Assembly (NCBI RefSeq): GCF_000150275.1
Contig: NW_002060984.1
Span: forward strand, 83,185-147,184
Reading direction: 5' to 3'
Source: Trichoplax adhaerens
Taxonomy: Eukaryota > Animalia > Placozoa
Length of the DNA: 64,000 nt
The position numbers and the translations under genes were made by a program. Below the pieces are notes generated by a model. It worked only from the letters and a program-made list of their open reading frames with translations. It did no database searches and was not told the DNA's origin. Shown in pieces: positions 53,265 through 64,000 of the stretch (its first letter is position 1; each line of letters opens with the position of its first letter).

Positions 53265-56200
53265 TTAAAGTTGCAGTTGAAGCCTCATCATATCCCTGTC
53301 GATTCCTAGCGAAATAAAATATTATTCTGCATCATAGAATGTAGTGAAAGCTTAATAAATCAATAATAATCGATAAATTTTTAAAATCAATTTTTGATAA
53401 TGTTATTCAGATTATAAATTTTACATAAAGCACCGATAGGTATTCTAAGCTTTTGAAGTTATTCAGGCTACTGATTATCTATCAAGCTGTCATATTAAGA
53501 AATAATCTCAAGATGTGACAGCTAATCTCTTTCAACTTGTNNNNNNNNNNNNNNNNNNNNNNNNNNNNNNNNNNNNNNNNNNNNNNNNNNNNNNNNNNNN
53601 NNNNNNNNNNNNNNNNNCTACTAGCAGACTACACAAAGACTTAAACGCCTCGTATTTTACGTTAAACACTAAGTTGGACAATTCTTCTTTATTTCACGAT
53701 ATACTGCATTTATATACTATTCCTCAATAGTTCATGAGTCATAGTTAATACAATTAACATTAGAATCATTTACTGAATTAGATATTAATTTTAGCTACTG
53801 CTCTCTTAATGCAGACAACAGTATTTACGAACATAGACATGTAATAACTAATACAGAATAGTCAGATTACGATATGTTCTATCACGGAACATTTCCATGA
53901 TAATTTACAGTCTATCATAAGTAAATTACAATCACAATGATTCGAACTGTAAGCAGATGATTTGCATTCCCTATTATAACTATTATAATTTCAGTATGTG
54001 TATAAGTGTCACTGTCATAAAAAGTCAGTGCTATATTAAAATACAGTATATCCAAATTAGAAGTTAACTAAATAAGGATAGTCTAACAGAATTATCCTAA
54101 CATAGTTATTTCTACTGTAATACAGTATTTAACACTGTAACAGATACAGATTAGCTTTAACCTGTATCCAAATTCGAGACCCTTTATTTATTCTTACTTA
54201 TAAGCAGTCTTTTGTAGCTTTCATCATCAATTAAGTGACACTGCATAAAGTATAAAAATTTATGTTATTATAGCCTTAAATTTTAAGCTAAGTCACTTTG
54301 ACTACAGTTAAACGCAGAGATTTCAGTAATACCATGTAATTTTATATTGCGATAAATTATTATAATATATTAATAAATTGAAATGATTTGTACGGAAATT
54401 GTAGCTGATATTAATAAGCAACTTAATGACCGAGTATAAGCTTGTAATCTCTGGATGTTTATATTAGCTAACGCGCAAAAATGAAGAGCAGAATTTGTCT
54501 TTTCGAAAAAAGGATGAGTATTAGAGATACCCTTTAGTCACCTAATAATTTAAAGTTTAATAGTGACTATATAGAATATTGCTATAAATGACTATAAATG
54601 CGATAATTATATCGAATAGTGATTGAATAACTTTAAATTTAGTTTTCGTAATAACGATATACTGACAAAACCTATATAAGCAAATAAACTATAACATGAA
54701 TAGCGGTTGATGTGATTTCAATTATACCAAATCGTTAGATAAAATGTGAAGCATGGTTCTATTCACCTTTTATCGCTCTTCCATCGCAAGTAATAAAAGA
54801 CAGATACCAAAATAATTACTATCACAAGAGCTGCAAATCCAATTATCATACCGGCAATTATGTTAGCTAAGAGAGAATTAAAGAAATAGTTTTATTAGTT
54901 AAGTTAACTTGACTAAAAAAATCTGTTCGAAAGTCTGAATTTACAGCTTTAATAAACTGTTATCGACAATCTAAAAATAACGGATTATTGCCAGAATATT
55001 AGATAAAAGATAGTTTCATCCAATTCACATTCATTCCGAGTACTGCCACTAAATCTCAGAATACTGATACTAGGCTAACTAACACGTAATAACTGGCTTG
55101 CGTGTACCACAGTCACGATCGACAAAGCCACTAGGACACCTATATTTCGAAAATTTCCAGTTTAAAAGTTTTATAAAGAGTAGTTTATACGTCACGTATA
55201 AGTCAAAGTTTAAATCGAGTTAAAAAAATTAATGGCCGTAAGTAATTTGAAAAATCTCAAAAACTGCAAACATTGCGAAAAATTCCGAGGGCAAAGTCAG
55301 CTTAAAATATTGTGTTTGTTAAGCTAATTGATTATGAAAGCTTCTTCCTTGAACTTACAAACAGTAAGGTTTCTGCTTTTTATCAAGCCTACAATATCCA
55401 CCACCATTCTTGCAAGCTAATTGGCACTCTGAAAGAAAAATATTAGGATTTAGAAACAGTTCGAAACTGACGTCTAGAAACCTGCATTAGCAACTATTTC
55501 AAACTAAAATCTTTTTTATCATCCTTTCAGTAATATTTAAAAATTGCAATATGTCACGTTGCTAAACATTGTAATAGTAGAGTACAGATTAAGCATTTGT
55601 GTCACGGTAGATTTCTTTCTATCTAGGCTACAATGGCTAAGTTTTTGTGATTGACTAGTAAAAGCGGTCGATTGCTTACTATTAATTGTCTTTTACATTT
55701 TTATGAGTAGCAGTGCGGTTCATCGTGAATAGTGGGAATAATTTAATATTAGCCTAAAGTTTTAAAGTTTGCGCGCGTAACAGTAGTCTAGGTGAGTGGC
55801 TTTATACCTAAACTAGAGTAATAATTGACAGTAACAATTTAGAAGGGCAGAATACTTTACTTTATCCTGAGTCAGAAGAGTAGTCTGTGAAATTATATCA
55901 GCTAGTTATGTGCTGTTCCTGATATTATGGAAATACAAGATTCATGAGTATCCTGCACCGATTAGGAAGTTCTTTAAATAGTGAAAAATAATTTATTCGC
56001 TATTTTAGAAAATAACATAGTTTCGTCAACAGTAAATTTATCGATCGCATAGGTATTATCATGCAGGTAAGTACAGTGCTTGGGAAATTACTGTAGGAGC
56101 ATTATTCACTTTAGGCCAAGAATTTAGAAGGCTTAACTTACTCGTGCAGTTATGTTGGTAATAGCTGCCGTTACTTGTTTGCTGGTCACACTTGCAATAA

Positions 56201-58258
56201 TAGGATCCGTTTGTATTAATACATATTTGATGCGGCAATGAACATAGCTGCGAGTTGTTGCATTCATTAATATCTATAAAATGGCAGAAATAATCAAATT
56301 ATCCATCAAACTGATTTCATTAGCTCGGATATATCCTTAGTTGATCGTTAATTATATTTGAAGAGGTTGTGTGGGATAAAGAGCTTTACTCATGTATCCT
56401 TTTTAGCAGCTGCGAAACAATATACGTGCGTAAAATTAAAATATGAATATGTACCATATATTCGCATAATCGAACAAATAATGTTAGTTATAAAATGATT
56501 AAGAATAATAAAAATAAATCAAATCAGATCATGAATGTAAGTGAAATCTGTCAAGGTGTTATGTTAAGACTATTTTTTGAAATTTTTTTCCTTGATAGAC
56601 ATTACATTTTGACCTACGTACAACATCTACAGTTAGATATTTGTTAGTAGTCATAATATTTAGAAAGTCAGAATTGGTAGTATTGCGTTTTATATACTGT
56701 ACTATCTGCGTTTTAAATTCGTTTAATTCTAGCATACTGTATGATACTTATATCCAATATGGCGAAAACAATATATAGAATTAAGGTAAATTGACCTGGC
56801 CTTAAGCTAATATTAATAAAGTAATGTATAATTTTTTATTATTTTTGAGGGAGTACATCATTTTAATTGCGATTAAATGGTTTTATATATTTTCCGTCAT
56901 TTTAATCTAGCGATTAAGACTTAGAATCAAAATTTGATCGTTTTGATAAATATTTAAAGTGTCTAAAAATGTATTAAATTCACGATTCGAATCACACTCA
57001 GCAGAATAAATATAATTAAACTTTGAATTGTATCAAGACCTGAGTTGCTTAAGGTTAATAAATTATGAACAACTGCTATTATATCTTTAAATTATTCTCA
57101 ATTGATTGAAATAAAAATAATGCTGAACTAATTTGCAATTCAAAGGAAATAAACTTTGTTTTAATCTGTTCTTAACTTCCTTCCTAAGGAAGGAAGCCCG
57201 ATGAATAAGAAATTTCATTGATTTATGCGTTTATACATGACTTCTTTTGACGAGATAGAAATATTAAGTTAACTGTAAGATTTATGGATGTATGCTTTAA
57301 CAAAGGATGAAATATCTAATTATACTTTTAAATGAGTGATGCCTTGAAGTCAACAAATTTCAAAGTATCAGGAGCATCAAGGAAAGTTTCCAATAGCACT
57401 GAATCACTGAAAGTTTTTGCTTTACGGACCAAGATAATTAATTATAACATTGACGTTGATAGCTGAAATCACAAGATATTAATGCATGCCAAATATTATT
57501 TTAAGAGCTCTTGTTGCGACAGTCAACATACTTCAAATGATTTGAATTTGGCTCAGAAAAAATAATATCAATTGTCTATTGTATGAATTTTTATATCAAT
57601 GGCCTGGTTTCTATGTGTATTATATCAATACGAAAAGCCATTTAATATAATAAGCAACTCGTATCTTCTACTTTATCTATTTATAGATACTTTGAAAAAC
57701 TTAACAAAACTTAAGAATTAGTATATTATATCGGTATCATAAATTTTTTCAATAACTAAGCCACTAACAATTACGGGTATTTAAGGTCAAAATTTTCTGT
57801 TTCGATAATTAAAAAAGACGTTTACATTAAGAAGATTTCTTTGAAGCTAATAGTTAATCCAATGGGTATTATATAAGAAAGCTAACAAAAATGAATAAGT
57901 TACAAAATTTTTAAGATACGGAAATAAGTGGCAAATTCACGTAGCGTGAGATCCATTTTGAATCAGTGACTGTAGCTTTGATTAGAATTTGCATGAATTA
58001 AAAATCTTAAGCGTGGTATAAAACATAAGTCACGGTTCAGGTACGAGATAAATTTATAGTTATTATTTGATATTACTCAGAGGTAATATCATATTCTGAA
58101 AAATGGCTAACCTTGACAAGAAAATCCATCGCCATCAAATCCATCAAGGCATTGACAAGCCAGATAAAATGTCTCATTTTCCGTGCGATTTAAGCAAGTT
58201 GCGAAGGAACTACAATTTAGTCCAACTTTTCTGCATTCACTTAAAGGGACTATAGCTT
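53265..58258 (-). CDS. EGF-TM paralog 4 (5' exons not identified; last exon tentative)
   Basis: AIVPLSECRKVGLNCSSFATCLNRTENETFYLACQCLDGFDGDGFSCQ (58112-58258) / DINECNNSQLCSLPHQICINTNGSYYCKCDQQTSNGSYYQHNCT (~56142-56273) / CQLACKNGGGYCRLDKKQKPYC (~55359-55428) / LCPSGFVDRDC (~55108-55139) / NIIAGMIIGFAALVIVIILVSVFYYLRWKSDK (~54767-54866) / RNRQGYDEAQLQL* (53265-53305). Confidence 0.82.
53541..53617. other. Assembly gap (N run)
   Basis: Run of n. Confidence 1.
53618..54142 (-). mobile_element. Family A element, left end lost in the assembly gap
   Basis: Near-identical to 27168-27689 and ends ...aacactgtaaca. Confidence 0.9.
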
Positions 58259-58403
58259 CTACATTATGGATAATTTAAAGCTATTACTGTTTAATTTCTC
58301 ATAAATACTTCAGCAATTTCTTTAAAGTATAGATACGTAGGAATGTTACGCAATAGTTTGATTTGCTTTATGATTTAAATTATTGTAGCTAGGCCATAGC
58401 AAT

Positions 58404-58453
58404 NNNNNNNNNNNNNNNNNNNNNNNNNNNNNNNNNNNNNNNNNNNNNNNNNN
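58404..58453. other. Assembly gap (N run)
   Basis: Run of n. Confidence 1.
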
Positions 58454-60450
58454 CTAAATTCTCGTAATTAGTTAGTTACACCAGCAGAGTCTTTAGAAGA
58501 AGTGTTAAAATTATTACAGACAGTACATGAAAGTAATGAAGGAAACTAATATAGATTAGATATTCGCATTGCAAAATAAAGCAGACGTAACGGACAGTGT
58601 TTCTACCCTTAAGAATAGAAAATATTGCGAGTTAGAAAGAATTTAAACTTATTTTTTGTGATAAGAATACCAATCTATAGCAGTTTTAGGACTAATAAAC
58701 AAAAGCCTCAAACCTTGTAGTAACTACATTAATTCTATCTACTTTTCAGAGATACGCTTTCTTTAGAACCAACGCAACGTTTTTTAATTCATATGTTGCC
58801 AAAGTGGAATTTTTACAAAAATTTATACTTTAGAATTAAGAAAATTTTTGCTCATTTAACTAATAGTCAAGACCTTTAGTGACTACCTAAAGCAGAAGAT
58901 CGAAACACTTTCCAGAACATTTTATGATTGCAGTTTACGTCGTTACCATACTTAATATGACCAAGACACTTGGTCGAGTGGAAATAAGCTACCAATCACA
59001 TATTCTTTGAGATTAGGCCGTCAGTAGACTTTATTTACCTAAAACTAGTCAAGTACCTGTTCAAATGAACGGGAACGCATACTACACAAAAGATTACATT
59101 GAAAAAATTTCGGAATTAGGTTGCCATACTATGTATGAATTAATTCTCAGTGTGAGATATGTAGCTTATAATTAGGCTTCAGGTCGATAGAATAAATACA
59201 TTATACTATCATTTGTTTATTTTATATTTAGAGAATGATAATCGAAGAATCAAACATACGCAATTTGAACATATACGTGGTGTGCGTGCATAATCTTTTG
59301 ATTTAAAATAAAGTGTTATGCTTTTATTTAAGTACATAGTTAAGTAAGTCACTCATACGATTACAATTTCAACCGGTTTTTATTCTTGAAAATAGCGATA
59401 TTATTTATACCATTACATAAAATTGTACACTTGTAACATTTTGAAATATTACAATCAGGGAATTTCAGAAAAAAAAACACATTATCAGTATAGTGAATGG
59501 TATCCTCAGCTAACTATGCGTTTTTAGCTAGAATTTTAACATTACTTGCACTACGCTTGCGGATACCCTCTTAAGAGCGTATCTAGTAAATTTACGCTGG
59601 AATATAAGAAAAAAATTAATCTTCTAGCGTAGAATATTGATGCCTTTAATCTATTCGCAAGTCCTCAGTATAAATAAATTGAACATTAATTTAATGTACC
59701 TAAAGCTATGGCCAATCTTGTGATAAAAGATAATATGAAATTTTCTAGCTTTTGGCATCTGTACTGGTGTCGTAAGTAATATATTCTGCCTCTTATTTTA
59801 TAGATAACATTCTGATAAATACGAGAATCTTATGGTATTTTAGCTAGCCAGACCTAATACGACTATTTTAACTGAAAAACAGTGAGAAGAAGCTAGGTTT
59901 TCGCATAGCCTAGCTAGACTAAGCTTTTGAGAGCACAACATTGCCCCTTAGTGATAAGAAGTACGGAAACTAAGAATGCAGGTAACTACGGCACTTAGAT
60001 TTAAATATATTTTAAGATCTATTTTATTTGTGCGAAGAATAACCGGAATACCTATATAAATTTTCCAGTAAAAGAAGTACCATACTGCATGCAATTTTGC
60101 ACCTACATAAAATCTAAATAAAAAAATTTTCTTACATCAGCTCCGCTTATAGCTATTGAATTCCTATACAATTTTGAGAAGGTATCACACATTTCTATTA
60201 ATATGCGCTGCTGAGGCTACTAGATTCAAGATTTTCTATCAATAAGAAACTCTAGCATTGTGAGCGTAGACTGTAAGCTTAACAAGTAAAAATTAGGAAT
60301 AAGAGTAAGTTTTCGACAAATGAGATTCTGTCTTTCGAATTATCCCTTTTAATACCAGGCTTCACCTTTATTCACCTATAGAGATTAAAAATTAGTTGTT
60401 TAATAGGTCTATTGAAAGTTTACCTAATCTTTTTTTAGGTTCTATGCCTC

Positions 60451-60664
60451 TGTAAAGTAACTTAGTATTGTGATAAAAACTGTTAGCCATGTTTAGTATT
60501 ATGTATATTAGCGTCTTTTATATATTAATCCTATGATACATTTAGTAGACCATAATTATAGACTGTAAGGATAGACTCTATGCTAGAATACAGAGGACTA
60601 TATGCAGTAAGGTGTTGAGCTGTTAAAAAGGTTTAAGGTAGAAAAAGAATTGTAAATCATATAT
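60451..60664. mobile_element. Family D fragment, inverted relative to the other copies
   Basis: tgtaaagtaacttagtattgtgat...ctgttagccatgt...tatagactgta...agactctat.ctaga.tacaga.gactatatgcagtaag.tgttgag is the reverse complement of ~50985-51188. Confidence 0.75.
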
Positions 60665-62365
60665 GTTCCTATCGCCATGTCATTTTAGCAAAGTACTTTC
60701 TATTACAATCTATGGTGAGATCTAAAATCTCAATTTACTAATGCAACCAAGGAAAATATTGATCGATTGTATAAATATCTTTTACAATATTGCATAAAAC
60801 TTTGTAACGCTCAATTACTTGCATACTGCCAAATTGTTTGATGGTGTATATTTGAGTATTTATTCTTTGGCTTAATAAGGCCTATTAGCAGGCAATGGCC
60901 TGAAATGTCTATTGCTAGTTATAGTTATAGTCCGTATTTTAGTGAATATTATGCCAATGTAATCGAAAATGCTGGCTCTATTGAACTGATGTAAAAATGC
61001 CTATCTAAAAATTAGTCAGTTACCGTTTTGAAAGTATGGAATTCTGATTTTGCATAAGGAAATTACATTTTCTTTTGAAATATTGTATATTTCCACTTAT
61101 TTATAGTATTTTATTCACAATTTTTCTTTTAAGTGATCGTATTATTTTTCTTTTAATCCATGATCGTAATTTTACTGTTAAAAAAGATCCTTTTTAATGT
61201 ATATTCATTTGCTTATTGGAGCTAAACTAGTTCTGTATCTGTCAGTCTATAACTGTCGTAGAAGAAATAAGATAAATTGGTTGGACTAATATGCCTAATC
61301 TAACTTGAATGTTTCGGGAAAGATCAAATAAGTCAAATTTCTATTTCATACCAGCCCAGAATATTTAAATCAAATGAAAATGTTTTTATTATCAATACGA
61401 GTAAGCTTCTAATTAATGGAACTTTGGTAATAAAGTCAGTATTATAGCAACCTATTATACAAAAAAGGCGATAAGCACTAATATATAATTAATTTTCATT
61501 AATAATTAAAATTGACTTCAATGATTGCACGTGAAAAGCAATAAACACAAGATAGAATTATACCATCAAATTAATGTATACAAATGCATCGCATTAGCAA
61601 CTGAGAAAGCGTCGTATTATGCACAAAGGTTACTTATATCAGTTACCCAGACCTATAATTTCTCTCATCATGACGAATTTAGCTATTTTTCCATCAATTT
61701 TAGGTATCTGACTTGAAGTTGTGCATTTAATCCAGCTAATTAACTATAAGTTGTCTGTATTGGTGTTTACATTACTGTCGTTTCGAATCACTTTAATTTT
61801 GCGTCTGAAAAAATTAAAATTAGTTTGCTAAATTCTAAATACCATCTACCTAATATATTTAATTTTCGAAAAATTTATAGATTATAGCTCTAAACGTTTA
61901 CTTTAGAAATCACTAATCGCCAATTATTATCATCCAATTGATTACATGCCCCAAGTGACAAGAGAATCCCCATTGTTCAGTCCGTAGGTAATTAAAAACC
62001 TTGCATAGTATGATTAGGTATGGCTTGCTTGCGCAAATTAAGTACTATGCTGTGATAATTAATTAACTTCTCTATAAAAAGTAGCTACCATCAGATATCA
62101 TATGAAAGTCTTTGCGAAAAGATGAAAATTCGTTCGACTAGTAGAATTTATTGATGGGACTTTTTTGTTGGCCTATAATAGAATTTTAAAATTTTAGTAT
62201 TGAATTACGTCATCTGCGAAAAGAATCATTATTAGATATTTGAAATTTGAGATTAGGCAAGTTTTCATTCAATTAGAAATACGTCTCAAATTTTCTTTAA
62301 AAATCTTAGAAATGCCAGTGCACATAAAAGTACCTTAGTTATAATAATTTTGGTACGAGGTAAAA

Positions 62366-63607
62366 ATGCCGAAAAAAGGCGCTCTCATTCATATTGAATT
62401 AAAGATACAAATTATAAAAGACCTAGAAGCTGGTAAATCACAAGAAGCTATCGCAAAGAAGTATAAAGTGAGAAAAACAACAGTTTTTTCTATTTCTAAA
62501 AGAAAAGATGAGTTTAGGAGGCTCATATTAAAATATCCCATTCCTGCATGTGGCAGAACACGACGTGCATTAAAGATGGGGGATTTCTGCGATATTGAAG
62601 AACCTCTATATCGTTGGTATCAGTTGCGACATAACAATAATTTGCCAGTATCTGGCTCCAGCCTAAAGGAAAAAGCCTTACAGCTATATAAATCTACTTA
62701 TGCTGATGGTACTCAACGCCCTTTCATGGCTAGTAGAGGATGGCTGAATAAATTTTGTCGACGCTATGGAATTATAGAGAGTTCATTACAGCCTAATTCA
62801 TGGTATAGAGAAACCCAAGAAATAAATCGGTTTATTACAGAAGTGCAAGAGATAATTAAGAGTGACAGTTTTAGTAAACAACAAATATTTAGCGTAGATG
62901 AGAAAATTCTCCGTTGGAAAACGGTCGTTAGTCCCAACCCAACGGGTATATGTACTAACAAGAATAACCCTAAAATTTATAGAAGATCAAAAGCAAAATT
63001 AACATTATTGGCGTGCACTAATGCATCTGGTACTTACAAATTACCGTTAGCTGTCGTCGATAAAAATGGTATGCCTTCAACATTAGATGAAGAGCAAGTC
63101 CTCACGCTTCCGGTGACTTACTACCGCGATGAAGATCTGCGAATGTGTAATGGCCTCTATGAAAGTTGGTATAACGACCAATTTAAGCCACGCGTAAAAC
63201 GATTCTGCAAAGAAAACAATTTTCCTAGTAAGGTTTTGTTACTTGTAAGGGATACTCCAGCACATAACTGCATCACTAGCTCAATCTCAGATAGCGAAAA
63301 ATTTATAGTTTTACGCATTCCGTCGAATATTGCTTTTGCTTTACAGCCAATGAATCAGGGAATTCTTACATCGTTAGAAAGCCATTATCAAACTAAGTTG
63401 TATGATTATGTCATTCACAAAAGTTCAGAAAAAAAGAAGCTTATACTAAAAATTATGTCAAAATTGACCGTTAAAGATGCGATATTCTGGCTGAGTGATA
63501 GCTGGAATGAAGTTAGTTCAAGCTTTTTGAGAAAATGTTGGAATCATATATTTGCAAATGTAAGACAAGATATGGATGAGGATGTACCTTTAGTTGATAT
63601 GGATTAA
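62366..63607 (+). CDS. pogo/Tigger transposase-derived protein (CENP-B/Jerky/TIGD-like): HTH-psq, HTH-CENPB and DDE_1-like domains
   Basis: 413-aa intronless ORF with K.QIIKDLEAGKSQEAIAKKYKV.KTTV, EEPLYRWY...PVSG..LKEKA, FMASRGWLNKFCRRYGI, QIFSVDE, LTLLACTNASGTYKLP and LQPMNQGI. Confidence 0.9.
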   Translation: MPKKGALIHIELKIQIIKDLEAGKSQEAIAKKYKVRKTTVFSISKRKDEFRRLILKYPIPACGRTRRALKMGDFCDIEEPLYRWYQLRHNNNLPVSGSSLKEKALQLYKSTYADGTQRPFMASRGWLNKFCRRYGIIESSLQPNSWYRETQEINRFITEVQEIIKSDSFSKQQIFSVDEKILRWKTVVSPNPTGICTNKNNPKIYRRSKAKLTLLACTNASGTYKLPLAVVDKNGMPSTLDEEQVLTLPVTYYRDEDLRMCNGLYESWYNDQFKPRVKRFCKENNFPSKVLLLVRDTPAHNCITSSISDSEKFIVLRIPSNIAFALQPMNQGILTSLESHYQTKLYDYVIHKSSEKKKLILKIMSKLTVKDAIFWLSDSWNEVSSSFLRKCWNHIFANVRQDMDEDVPLVDMD

Positions 63608-64000
63608 TAGCAAGCTAGCAAATTTAATGACATTATATACTATATGCGAATGGAGACGTAAGATACACCGTATAAGCTATAGAAGACTACCGTACTATTT
63701 CTAGCTTCTCTTAAGAAATTCAAGCCTTCAGCAATAAAAGAATTTTTTAAATTCGATAATGTAATAATTTGAATGTAGTCTTTGATGACGGTAAAACTTA
63801 GGAAGGATTATGCATTTCTATTTGAAGGCCGTATTTGGAGGGAGTTAATCTGTTATCTTCTAGCATAAGTGATGCTTTCTCTTTAAGGATGGATAATTAA
63901 TTAGTAACTTTATGATTGCCGATTGTTGCTAAACGCATAAGATCGTAGTTTGAACTAAAACTCGAATTTAGATCATAAGCTGAGTACGATTACCGAACAT

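Noticed and set aside
57176-57196. Hairpin cttccttcc-taa-ggaaggaag (also the palindrome at 38250-38267)
   Set aside because: Short, isolated and partly low-complexity; plausible by chance in 64 kb.
17051-58258. One giant Notch/fibrillin/LRP-like gene
   Set aside because: Each unit has its own TM exon and stop codon (tentative in paralog 4), and at least two have their own ATG/signal exon. I saw no LNR, ankyrin, DSL, TB, LDLa or YWTD exons.
60135-60165. Candidate 5' micro-exon of paralog 4
   Set aside because: Splice phases do not join the phase-1 EGF exon at 58258, and the gap at 58404-58453 may hide the true exon.

Overview
AT-rich eukaryotic (animal) genomic DNA with short spliceosomal introns and two assembly gaps. 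Composition and gene style suggest a compact early-branching metazoan such as the placozoan Trichoplax; this is inference, not proven. The window has three parts. (1) About 0.4-16 kb: a ~190-bp tandem satellite followed by four housekeeping genes, CCZ1 (+), RPP21 (-), COX10 (-) and GGH (+). (2) About 17-58 kb: a tandem array on the minus strand of four highly diverged paralogous genes plus one orphan pseudo-exon, mostly invisible in the ORF track. I reconstructed them by hand from splice sites. Each encodes a small type-I membrane protein: signal-like N-terminus (resolved only in some copies), EGF, Ca-binding EGF, a juxtamembrane EGF split by a phase-2 intron between Cys4 and Cys5, a TM helix and a short basic tail. 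The array contains at least six unrelated families of ~550-645-bp solo-LTR-like elements, several with TG...CA termini and 5-bp target-site duplications, one nested inside another. (3) About 62.4-63.6 kb: an intact pogo/Tigger (CENP-B/Jerky-like) ORF whose catalytic triad looks inactivated. Exon boundaries were read by eye and may be off by a few bases.
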